In this document: in pieces, positions 34,752 through 44,153 of the stretch | Layout of the letters: the number at the start of each line of letters is the position of its first letter | How positions within the stretch are numbered: the first letter of the stretch is position 1 | NCBI GenBank assembly: GCA_963747105.1 | Contig: CAVVEC010000002.1 | Span: forward strand, 219,438-283,437 | Reading direction: 5' to 3' | Length of the DNA stretch: 64,000 nt | Source of the DNA: an uncultured Acidobacteriota bacterium | Lineage (GTDB): Bacteria > Acidobacteriota > Terriglobia > Terriglobales > Acidobacteriaceae | Made by a program: the position numbers and the translations under genes | Notes under the pieces: generated by a model | The model's database searches: none | Told to the model about the DNA's origin: nothing | Seen by the model: only the letters and a program-made list of their open reading frames with translations

Positions 34752-36627
34752 CTACCTGCCACCGGGCCCCATGCCATCCAGAGCTTGCTTGGCGAAGACG
34801 AGCGCCGGATCCAACTGCAAGGCCTGCTCATAGGCGGCGCGCGCTTCCGCCAAGTTGCCAATCTCCTGCAGAAGAATCGCATACTGGGTGTAGTGCGGTG
34901 CAGTGGGCTGATCGTGGACAAAGACAGCGAGCCGCTGACTGATCTCCGCGCTCAGGCGCGGTTCGATTTGCAACGCCTGCCGATAACTCTCGCGTACCTT
35001 CGCAAAGTCCTCAAGGTTCGCGTACACGGTGGCCAGGCTTTCGTAAATGCGCGCTTGTATTTGAGGATCCTTGGTGGTCTGAAGGGCGACTGCAAACTCT
35101 CCGGCGGCATCCTGCTGCCGTCCAAGCATGGCGTAGGCGGTGGCCAGCCGGACGTGGTTCATCGGATCACCGAAATTTTGCGCCGCAGCTCTCTGCAGAC
35201 CGGGCAGCGCTTCCTCGGGACGATTCAGCATGAGCAGAGCCAGATAATTGTCTTGGGTAACCTCAGCCGCGTGCGACCAGAGTTCATCATTGTTGCGCCA
35301 ATAACGGAGTTGCCGCCAAGTCAGGTAAGGCAAGATGACCACAATCAACAGCCCGGCGACGGCCACGCGCAGATCAATACCGATATTCATGGCGTCAGCC
35401 AGATCAGAGGCAGCCCATATCACCATCACGAAGATTCCAATCAGCGGAAGGTAGGCATAGCGGTCGGCCATGGCTTGGTTGCCGACCTGCACCAGACCAA
35501 TCATGGGCACCAGAGTGCCGAGGTACCAAAGCCAGCCAGTTACTAGATAACGCTGCGAGGTTCGGCGTCTCCACACCAGGAAACTCACTGCCCCAAGAAA
35601 AACCGCCGCCAGCCCCACTCGCCCCGGCCCCAGAGAGTTTCCCGGATGCGGGTAATAGATCGCAAACCCCGCAGGCCAGAATGTTTTCCATACATACATC
35701 GCGTAGGCATAAACCGCATTCTCCAACCGGACGCCGAAAGAAAAACTTCCCTGTATGGAGGCGCCCGCCCGCTGGGCAATCATAGTGATCACCGCACTGG
35801 CAGCGGAGAGCGCGAATAATGGAAGCTTTTCCGTGACTAGCCAGGAGAATGAAGCGCGGGAAAACTTCTCGGATGGCCCGTCCTCGTTCCTGGATGTCGG
35901 TGTGGCCGCCAGGGAACGCGGTTTGCCCCGTCCCTGGATTCTCTCCAACGGCCAGAAATCCAGAAGCAGAAGAACAAAAGGCAGCGTAATCACCATCGGC
36001 TTGGCCGCGAGGCCCAGGGCGAACATTAGCGCCACGACAAGATAACGGCGAATGCTGGGCTTCCGCGAATACAAGCCGTAGGCGCCGAGGGCCAACAGGA
36101 AAAACAACATGCTGAGAACATTCTTGCGCTCCGCGATCCAGGCCACGGATTCGACATTAAAGGGATGGAGAGCAAACAGCGTCGCAAGCAGAAAACTTCG
36201 CCCCATCCGGCCCGTCGCCCACGCCGCTACCAGGAAGAGCAGCAGAACATTGATTACATGGATGAGGACACTGGTTAAGTGATGACCGGCGGGTTCGAGT
36301 CCGTAGAGTTGGCAATCCAGAGCGTGAGACAGCCACGTCAAGGGATGCCAGTTAGCTTGCTCAATGGATGTAAAGGCCCAGCGGAAGGCTTTGCCAGGTT
36401 AGCCCCACCTGCACATGCGCGTTGCCGGTGACATATTCATGATCGTCGAGGGTGGCAAAGGGATGGCTCGTGACCGAGCTGTAGATGGCAAAGGTCTCGA
36501 CCGCGAGAAACAGGCAAGTACCCAGGAGATACGCGCGTTTCCGACCCATCGGCGAGCCGATTGTAACAGCCGGTTCGCAGTGCCACAAGCCGGTGTACTC
36601 GTCCAGTAGATCGGTGACAGTTTTCAT
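34752..36627 (-). CDS. Polytopic membrane protein (GT-C / TMTC-like, DUF1736-type) with C-terminal TPR repeats; frame change near 36385
   Basis: The N-terminal fragment ...MGRKRAYLLGTCLFLAVETFAIYSSV...DDHEYVTGNAHVQVGLTW continues in the next frame as AFRWAFTSIEQANWHPLTWLSHALDCQLYG...FALHPFNVESVAWIAERKN. The C-terminal ~200 aa are TPR-like (ALLMLNRPEEALPGLQRAAAQN...AYEQALQLDPALV). Confidence 0.75.
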
Positions 36628-36853
36628 TCCTTTCGTTGAGATGAGAAATGGAGCAGGAACTGGTGTGGGCTCAGGCACGGGGTTGGCTGGCCCACCCTTT
36701 CCTAGAATTTCAGCGTAGTACGAAACTGAGGGTGCCCCGCCCTTTTCGCGCACTTTGCGAAAGGGTAGGAGGCGGGAATGTCATGTCGCCGTCACTTCGA
36801 AGTATCCTCCTAATTGCGCACTACGGCGACCGGCCCTGTGTTCGTCACGGCTC

Positions 36854-38010
36854 CTAGCGCCGCATGGCTGGGCAAATTCCGCCGGACGCCGGCAGCGGGA
36901 GGGGATTGGCTCCCGGTGTAAGCGCGCCCGATCCGGGATCAAAGCGATAGACGTGGACGCTATTGTCGCTGGCCAGGATCGCGTAAACCAGGGTTCCATC
37001 CGGACTGAACGAGAATCCTGGAGTCTCCGTGGTAAAGGGAATCGAACTGCCAGTGTCCGCAATCCGGTGCGCCGTCAGGTTGATGCCAGACACGTGAATG
37101 AGCTGCGTCTTTGGGTCGGTCAAAAACAGATAGCGTCCGGAGGGATCGAGCTGCACATTCGTCGCCGTCTCGCAGGCACTGAGCATCGCGCTGGTGCAGT
37201 GGATAAAAGGCTGGCGTGGCCTGGGAGCATTGGGAAAAACGTTCAGGTACCCGGATGAACTGGACGGCGGTAGTCGTCAATCATCAGTTTCTTGCCGATC
37301 ACAGGCTCGCCCCAGTGGTGGCCGGGGGCATAAAGGTTCACGTTGGAACTCAAGGTGCCGTTGCGCGGGTTCACGGAGCGTTCCCGGTACACAGTTCCCA
37401 GCGTGCTATACAGACTGAGGTAGAGCTTGCTGCCATCTGTGCTTAATCCGTATAGCGAGGCTGGCCAGTAGTAGTCCGGCCCGTAGGCCCCTTGGATCTG
37501 GGAGTCTTCGCTGAGCGCGCCCGTTTTAGAGTTCACCAGAAACAGGCGGATTTGAGAAGTGTACAGCCCGCTCGAATTGGTTACTTCCATCGTGTATGCG
37601 AAGTGCCCGCTGCGATGAATATTGAACTGGTAAAGTGAAGAAACATCCAGGGTTTGAGCCGCCGGCAGCTGTGGCACGCCTGATGAATCTGTCCCGTAAA
37701 CAGAAAAGTGCTCCTGGTTTTGCGCGTCCGACCACAAGACATACAGGAAGCGGTCATCTGGAGAGGGCTCGAACTGCATAAGGGCCGCTGTCGGTATCAG
37801 GCTGACTGGTGTTCCAACCGCCATGAAAGTCAAGGCGTTCGGATCGACGCTGTATGTGGCGAGCGTTCCCTGGCTGAATACGTAAAGAATCTGCGAACTT
37901 GGGCTCGGGGAAGACGACGACTGAGCGCTGTTGTTGGACCCCCCGCACGATACCAGCACCGACGCAGAGAACAGCAGGAACAAAGGAAAAATCAGCCGTC
38001 GGACGCCCAT
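36854..38010 (-). CDS. Beta-propeller lipoprotein (lactonase-like fold, tentative); frame change near 37250
   Basis: MGVRRLIFPLFLLFSASVLVSCGG carries a lipobox. Repeats follow (LYVFSQGTLATYSV, RFLYVLWSD, SKLYLSLYS). The tail continues in another frame: ...LDPSGRYLFLTDPKTQLIHVSGIN...FSPDGTLVYAILASDNSVHVYRFD. Confidence 0.65.
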
Positions 38011-38397
38011 AAGATCCCCGTTACCAATCAATCCTGACAGGGCACTCTGAAACTAAGTCTTAATGATGGCTGTTGCCGCCCTACGGATCAACTCTTTTTT
38101 TGAACCGTGCTACCCGTCCGGGCTGCGCAGCAGTCCGGCTGCCTTGCTGGCGTGGGTGCCACCGGGACGGTGTCCCGTTCAGGATAACCCAGCCCCCTGC
38201 GCCCCCTTTCGGTCTTTCGCCAGATCGCTAAAGAGGGACCCGCACTTCTGCTATCTCGAATACAATTTCTTGACATCATCCCTCTCGCATTTTGCGGGGA
38301 AAACCTATATCCTTATCTGCAATCAAAGCAGCAACTATTTCACAGCAGCACAATGAGCATCGCGTGGGGGGCGCATGCGAAGTTCTAGAGGTCAGTT

Positions 38398-39066
38398 ATG
38401 TCTAATGGTGTTGAAACCGTTCAGGTTTTCATCTTGGCCGAAAATCGGCTTTTGCGCGAAGCCCTTACGCGCATTCTCAGCAAAAAGAGCGACATTCGCG
38501 TGGTTGGAGCGGCTGCGTTTTCTCCAGGCGTGGTGCAGGAAATTCGTGCTACCGCACCGGATGTGCTGCTCTCTGATTCGGCTGCGGTGGCTCTGTCAGA
38601 GTTGCAACTGGTTTCCGAGGTTCGTTCCGCCCTCCTTGGCCTCAAAGTGGTCATGATCGGTATGGACGCCGACCGGGAAACCTTCCTGCGCGCCGTGCGG
38701 GACGGGGTCGCGGGTTATGTGCTGAAGGACGCCTCCGCCATTGAGGTAGCATCTGCAGTTCGCTCCGTGGCCAACGGCGAAGCCGTATGTCCACCGAGCC
38801 TGTGCCTGACCTTATTTGAGCAAGTGTCGAAGCAGGTTACGCCCCCGGCAAGTTTCGTTATCCGGCACAACCTCGGCCTCACTCGCAGAGAACAGCAATT
38901 GGTGCAAATGATTGGCCGCGGGCTCACCAACAAAGAGATCGCAGCCCAATTGAATCTCTCAGAGCAGACCATCAAGAATCACATTCATCGGATGTTGCGC
39001 AAGCTCGGTGCCAACGACCGGCTTGGCGCGGTCGAACTCTGCCGCATGCCGGGAGCTGTCGCGTGA
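38398..39066 (+). CDS. NarL/LuxR-family response regulator with degenerate acidic pocket
   Basis: The receiver reads VFILAENRLLREAL (EN instead of DD)...PDVLLSDS...GYVLKD. The C-terminal LuxR HTH reads LTRREQQLVQMIGRGLTNKEIAAQLNLSEQTIKNHIHRMLRKLG. Confidence 0.85.
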   Translation: MSNGVETVQVFILAENRLLREALTRILSKKSDIRVVGAAAFSPGVVQEIRATAPDVLLSDSAAVALSELQLVSEVRSALLGLKVVMIGMDADRETFLRAVRDGVAGYVLKDASAIEVASAVRSVANGEAVCPPSLCLTLFEQVSKQVTPPASFVIRHNLGLTRREQQLVQMIGRGLTNKEIAAQLNLSEQTIKNHIHRMLRKLGANDRLGAVELCRMPGAVA

Positions 39067-39232
39067 TTCGGCACAGCGCCGTTATTCAGGCAGTACTTTT
39101 TGGGTACTGATCCCTAGAGATCCAGCCAGATTTTGGTGGTTTAGCAGATCCCATTGGTACTTCTGTCCAAATCGCATTTGAATCTTACTTTTTTCTCGAG
39201 GACAAGAGACACTGCATGGCACGGAGAGGATC

Positions 39233-39604
39233 GTGCAAAAAATCAGAGTGTTAGTTGCCAACCGACCGCGACTCATGAAGGATCTGGTCCTCGCCACCAT
39301 CGGGGATCAGCCTGATATCGAAGTCGTCGGCGAGACCCAGGACGAGGCTGAAATCACGGAACTGGTGGAACGCACACGTCCAGATTACCTGATCATCGCG
39401 TTGCAGGAACCGGAAGTCCGGCCTGGACTGAGCGGATTTTTGCTGGGCCGGTACCCGCAAATGAAGATTCTTGCCCTTGCCGCGGAACGCAATAGCGGCG
39501 TTTTTTATTGGGCCTTTGTTGATATTCGCTCCCAGCGTGTGGAATCTTCCGAGCAAGGCATCCTCAGTGTGTTGCGGAATAAGCCGGAACTGGTGGGGAT
39601 TTAG
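39233..39604 (+). CDS. Stand-alone pseudo-receiver domain protein (no phospho-acceptor Asp)
   Basis: IRVLVANRPRLMKDLV...PDYLIIALQEP has Ala at the expected Asp position. The product is 123 aa with a GTG start. Confidence 0.65.
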   Translation: MQKIRVLVANRPRLMKDLVLATIGDQPDIEVVGETQDEAEITELVERTRPDYLIIALQEPEVRPGLSGFLLGRYPQMKILALAAERNSGVFYWAFVDIRSQRVESSEQGILSVLRNKPELVGI

Positions 39605-39898
39605 CCGCGCCATGGGGCGGCGTCAAACCGCCGGGAGAGTTCGCTGGTTCGAGGAGCGGGCGAACTGGAAGGTACTTTGTCCGCGACTTCGGGCGTTTAG
39701 AAGGGTTTGCACAGGATCGGTTCCAAAGCGTTTGATTGGCCGGTGTTTGCCGGTCTCGCTGCGCGAATCATGTAGTGGATGTTGAAGGAGCTGAAAGTAA
39801 ACGGGTTAGCTCACAGATGCCCTGTAAGTGAGGGGGCGAAGCTGTAGAATCACAACGCCCGGCTCTAACCCGGGCCTTGTGGACGAGCGTAATCTCAC

Positions 39899-40468
39899 AT
39901 GTACTCATTGGATGCGCCGACATGGTCAGGAGAAACGAGCCCGGTTCCGGCGCTCGAACTTCCGCCCGAGTACTTGGAATCGCATTGGTATGCCGCCCAC
40001 ACCAGTCCCCGGCATGAAAAAAAAGTCGCCCAACAGCTGGAAGGAAATCGAATTCAACACTTCCTGCCTCTTTACCGGTCGGTACGCCGCTGGAAGGACC
40101 GGCGCAAGCAACTCGACCTGCCACTGTTTCCCGGCTATATCTTCGCTCGCTTCGCCCTGAGGGATCGTTTGCAGGTGTTGCAACTGCCCGGAGTGGTCCA
40201 ACTCGTCGGTTTCAGTCGCAAACCCGCCCCTCTTCCGGACGCTGAGATTGAATCTCTCCGCAATGGCTTGGCGGGCAATTTACGGGTTGAGCCGCATCCC
40301 TATCTGCAAGTCGGCAAGCAGGTGCGGGTTCACAGCGGCCCGATGGCGGGGATGGAAGGCATTCTGGTTCGCCGGAAAGAAAAATTTCGCGTGGTGTTGT
40401 CTATTCACTTGATTAAGCGTTCGGTGGCAGTCGAGGTTGACGAGAGTGAAGTCGAACCTGTTCGCTGA
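39899..40468 (+). CDS. NusG-paralog transcription antiterminator (UpxY/RfaH-like) for the downstream polysaccharide operon
   Basis: WYAAHTSPRHEKKVAQQLEGNRIQHFLPLYRSVRRWKDRRKQLDLPLFPGYIFARF is the NGN domain. GKQVRVHSGPMAGMEGILV is the KOW motif. It lies directly upstream of the export gene. Confidence 0.8.
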   Translation: MYSLDAPTWSGETSPVPALELPPEYLESHWYAAHTSPRHEKKVAQQLEGNRIQHFLPLYRSVRRWKDRRKQLDLPLFPGYIFARFALRDRLQVLQLPGVVQLVGFSRKPAPLPDAEIESLRNGLAGNLRVEPHPYLQVGKQVRVHSGPMAGMEGILVRRKEKFRVVLSIHLIKRSVAVEVDESEVEPVR

Positions 40469-40591
40469 CACGCGTTTGTTTGGAACTGGCACCGGGGCTG
40501 AAAACCCGGATGTTCTCATTTTCGCGCTGGAGATTTCAATTTTCATCTCCATCCTGGCTTCGCCGATTTCCACGTCTCTGACGAGGTTCCC

Positions 40592-43500
40592 ATGAAGAAT
40601 CGCTCATCACTGGCTTCCATCCTGAACGCAGGAGGAGTGCTGTTTTTTCTGCTGATTATGGTTCTTGCTTTCCCAAGCGCTTCAAAGGCGCAGGAGCCCG
40701 GCCGGCCTCCTTATCCGAAGCGCACCACCGCGGCTCCCGCAGCCCAATCACGCGCCGAACAGGAAGCGGAGCAGTTGGTCTCGCTCTCTGCGGAGAAGAT
40801 CATCACGTTGCTCGACCAGGAACCTGGTCTGCTCTTGCAGGTTAAGAAGATGTTGGTGCGAAAGGCCTACGAACAGGGCCGGTTGGTGGCCCCGGAGGAC
40901 CTGACGGATGAGGCCTTGTTCCGCCTCATTGGGCGTGACGAAAACATACGGGTGCTCATCACTCGCGAGATTGAGGACCGTCAATACGTGCGGGCCAAGC
41001 CCACCCGCGAAGAGGCGGAGAAAGAGCGGGCCAAGCTGGCCGCGTTTCCGGGCAACGCCGCGAGTGCGGCACAAGAAGAATCAAAGCCCACAAACGGGCA
41101 AAGCCAGGAGGATTTGTATTGGTCGCAGCAGGATCGCTTGCTACAAAGTATCCCCAACAACCCTCCTCCGGCATCGCAGCCTCAGCCTTCGGTGCCCCAA
41201 CCGGAAATTCTTGCCCCTGACTCCCAGCGAAGTCTCTTGCAAGCACAGGCCCAGTATCCGCTGGGAGACTATGATTTCCCGGATTACTCAGGCGGTTTCG
41301 CCGGTGACTTGACAGGTATGCAGCGCATCAGTCCCGATCAGATGTCGGGACTCATGGCAGCCCGGATGGCGAGCAATTCCGACTCTGGTCCGGGTGGGCT
41401 AGAAGGTTCTTCGGGGCTTGGCATGTCTCCCATGGGTGGCATGGCCGGAGGCGGATCTACGGGTTCTTTGGCAAACCCGTTTGCCAACTCCTCCGGGCTG
41501 GAGTCAGCGCTGGCGGTCCCCTCCTTGGAATCGCCCCAACTGGGCACACAACAGTCTCCCCAACAGACTAATTTTCCGACCCGGTATCGTTCCTCGCGTC
41601 CGTCCGCTTCCGATCTTGGTCTGGACCGACCCGTTCTTACTCGTCGTCCTAATCCGTATGCGGACGTTCCCTCACTGTACGACTTATATTCCCAGTATTC
41701 CCGCCGGTCCCCGGTTCTCGTGAGGTTCGGCAGCGAAATTTTCCAAGGTGGTACGGGTAACTTCAATGCCTTGCCCATGGACATGCCAATGGGACCCGAC
41801 TACGTGCTCGGACCAGGCGATAGCCTCACCGTTAATCTCTGGGGCAGTGTTTCCCGACGCATGATAAGAGTGGTCGATCGTGAAGGGCGGGTCGCTCTGC
41901 CCGAGGTGGGTGCGCTCGAGGTCTCCGGACGCACTCTCGGGGACGTGCAACATGCCGTGCAGAGCGCGCTTCGCACCCAGTTTCGCGACGTCGAGGCGGA
42001 TGTCTCGATTTCCCGACTGCACAGCATCCGGGTCTATGTGGTAGGCGACGTAAAGTACCCGGGTGCATATGATGTGAGCTCCCTTTCGACTCCACTTAAC
42101 GCACTATTTGAAGCTGGTGGTCCCACCTCGCGGGGCTCGCTGAGGATTCTCCAGCACTATCGTGGCAAGCAGTTGATCCAGGAAGTGGATGTTTACGAGT
42201 TGCTCCTGCACGGAGTCCGGTCTGGAGTACAGAGGCTGGAGACCGGAGACACGATCCTAGTACCCCCGGTGGGGCCCGAAGTGACCGTGACAGGCATGGT
42301 ACGACGCCCTGCAATTTATGAACTGAACGGCGAGAAAAGCCTGGCGCAGGTACTGGAAGTAGCGGGTGGCGTGCTGCCCTCCGGTACGCTTCGGCATGTT
42401 GATGTAGAGCGGCTCGAGGCCCACGAGAGCCGGACCATGCTGGCTCTTGATGTGCCAGAGAACAACAACGAGGAATCTGTCACCAAGGCCCTGGAGGATT
42501 TCAAAATCCAGGATGGCGACAAGGTGAAGATTTCGCCGATCGTGTCTTTCGCCGACAAGACAGTCTATCTCGACGGCCATGTCTTCAGGCCAGGTAAGTA
42601 TGCCTACAGCGAAGGCATGAAGGTCACCGATCTGATCAAGTCCTACAAGGACGTTCTCCCCGAACCGTACAAGGCGCACGCCGAGGTCATCCGCCTCAAC
42701 TCCCCCGATTACACTCCCGAGGTTCTCGCCTTCAATCTGGAAGATGCCCTCGCGGGCAAGGACCAGGATCTTGTCCTGAAGCCTTTCGACACCGTGCGCG
42801 TGTTCGGGCGTTTCGATTTCGAAGATCCTCCTCTGATTACGGTTACCGGAGCGGTACGGGATCCGGGAGACCACGGCACCAACGGAGTGACCTATCTTCG
42901 CGATGCCATTTACCTGGCGGGCAACACCACGGCCGATGCTCGGCTCGATGATGTGCAGATCTTCCGCAGAACGGAGGATGGCAAACTGAAAGTTCTCAGC
43001 GTGAACCTGAGTGAGGCACTAGCGGGAAATCCGGCGGAGAACTTGCTTCTGGAGCCCAAAGACCGCGTATTCGTACATCGGGATTTGGCAAAAACGGATC
43101 CTCCCGTGGTCACGATTGAGGGTGAAGTGGCGCGTCCCGGTAAGTACCCCTTGGGTGAAAACATGACCGCCGCGGGTTTGGTCCGGCTGGCGGGCGGCCT
43201 AAAACGAGGGGCCTACACCCAGGAAGCAGACCTTACGCGTTACGAACTCGAGCAAGGCAGCCGGATCGTCAGCGACCACATCACGGTTGAGATCGCCAAG
43301 GCCCTGGCCAACGAACCCGACGCCGATGCACGGCTGCGCGACGGCGATGTCCTGACCATCCGGCAGCTCACCGGCTGGAAGGATGTGGGCGCAACCATCA
43401 AGGTCGACGGAGAAGTTCTCCATCCCGGCACCTACGGTATTCAGGACGGAGAGCGCCTCAGTTCGATCATCCAGCGGGCGGGGGGATTCGGTAACGACGC

Positions 43501-44137
43501 GTATCCGTACGGCACCATTTTTACGCGAGTGCAGGTCAGGCAGATGGAAGAGGAAAACCGCGCGGACCTTATCCGGCGTGTGAAAGGGGAACAAGCCGAA
43601 GTGCAGCTCACTGCTGGTGGGGAGCAGGAGGACATCAAACAGGCCACTCTCCTTCAGTACCAGGCGACGCTGGAAAAACTGGAGCACACCGCTCCCCCAG
43701 GCCGATTGGTAATCCATATTTCGAGCAACATGCGGAGCTGGGCCAATACGCCAAGAGATATCCAGGTGCGTGCCGGGGACACGATTTATATCCCCAAGAA
43801 ACCGAACATTGTCATTGTTAATGGCTCGGTGTACAACCCGACTGCCATTACCTATAAACCAGGCCGGAACGCAGGATGGTATCTCGAGCAGGCTGGAGGA
43901 CCGACTGAACTGGCCAACAAGAAAGCAGTGTTTGTGGTTCGGGCCGATGGCTCGGTCGTGGGCGGTCCCGGGGGATTGTTTACTGGCGGCGTGAAGAGTG
44001 CCGGACTGCAGCCAGGAGACATGGTGGTGGTGCCGGAAAAGACGTTTTCGGTCAGCCGCAAATTCCAGAACACGGTGCAGGTCGCTCAGATCTTAACCGC
44101 CGTGACGCTCGCCGTTTCCGCGGCGAGGAGCTTCTGA
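40592..44137 (+). CDS. Giant polysaccharide export protein (Poly_export domain plus multiple SLBB repeats) with a long P/Q/S/G-rich linker
   Basis: It has a signal peptide and a low-complexity region (...PPPASQPQPSVPQPEILAP...GGMAGGGSTGS...). PDYVLGPGDSLTVNLWG is the Wza-type export domain. Repeated ...GDxIxVP... / GEVxxPGxY units recur to the C-terminus. The ORF is an intact 1181 aa. Confidence 0.85.
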   Translation: MKNRSSLASILNAGGVLFFLLIMVLAFPSASKAQEPGRPPYPKRTTAAPAAQSRAEQEAEQLVSLSAEKIITLLDQEPGLLLQVKKMLVRKAYEQGRLVAPEDLTDEALFRLIGRDENIRVLITREIEDRQYVRAKPTREEAEKERAKLAAFPGNAASAAQEESKPTNGQSQEDLYWSQQDRLLQSIPNNPPPASQPQPSVPQPEILAPDSQRSLLQAQAQYPLGDYDFPDYSGGFAGDLTGMQRISPDQMSGLMAARMASNSDSGPGGLEGSSGLGMSPMGGMAGGGSTGSLANPFANSSGLESALAVPSLESPQLGTQQSPQQTNFPTRYRSSRPSASDLGLDRPVLTRRPNPYADVPSLYDLYSQYSRRSPVLVRFGSEIFQGGTGNFNALPMDMPMGPDYVLGPGDSLTVNLWGSVSRRMIRVVDREGRVALPEVGALEVSGRTLGDVQHAVQSALRTQFRDVEADVSISRLHSIRVYVVGDVKYPGAYDVSSLSTPLNALFEAGGPTSRGSLRILQHYRGKQLIQEVDVYELLLHGVRSGVQRLETGDTILVPPVGPEVTVTGMVRRPAIYELNGEKSLAQVLEVAGGVLPSGTLRHVDVERLEAHESRTMLALDVPENNNEESVTKALEDFKIQDGDKVKISPIVSFADKTVYLDGHVFRPGKYAYSEGMKVTDLIKSYKDVLPEPYKAHAEVIRLNSPDYTPEVLAFNLEDALAGKDQDLVLKPFDTVRVFGRFDFEDPPLITVTGAVRDPGDHGTNGVTYLRDAIYLAGNTTADARLDDVQIFRRTEDGKLKVLSVNLSEALAGNPAENLLLEPKDRVFVHRDLAKTDPPVVTIEGEVARPGKYPLGENMTAAGLVRLAGGLKRGAYTQEADLTRYELEQGSRIVSDHITVEIAKALANEPDADARLRDGDVLTIRQLTGWKDVGATIKVDGEVLHPGTYGIQDGERLSSIIQRAGGFGNDAYPYGTIFTRVQVRQMEEENRADLIRRVKGEQAEVQLTAGGEQEDIKQATLLQYQATLEKLEHTAPPGRLVIHISSNMRSWANTPRDIQVRAGDTIYIPKKPNIVIVNGSVYNPTAITYKPGRNAGWYLEQAGGPTELANKKAVFVVRADGSVVGGPGGLFTGGVKSAGLQPGDMVVVPEKTFSVSRKFQNTVQVAQILTAVTLAVSAARSF

Positions 44138-44153
44138 GGGCTGGGTTGAAGGT

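Noticed and set aside
36755-37258. 167-aa plus-strand ORF
   Set aside because: It is antisense to the C-terminal half of the beta-propeller lipoprotein, whose repeats (FSPDGTLVYA-type) are clearly on the minus strand.
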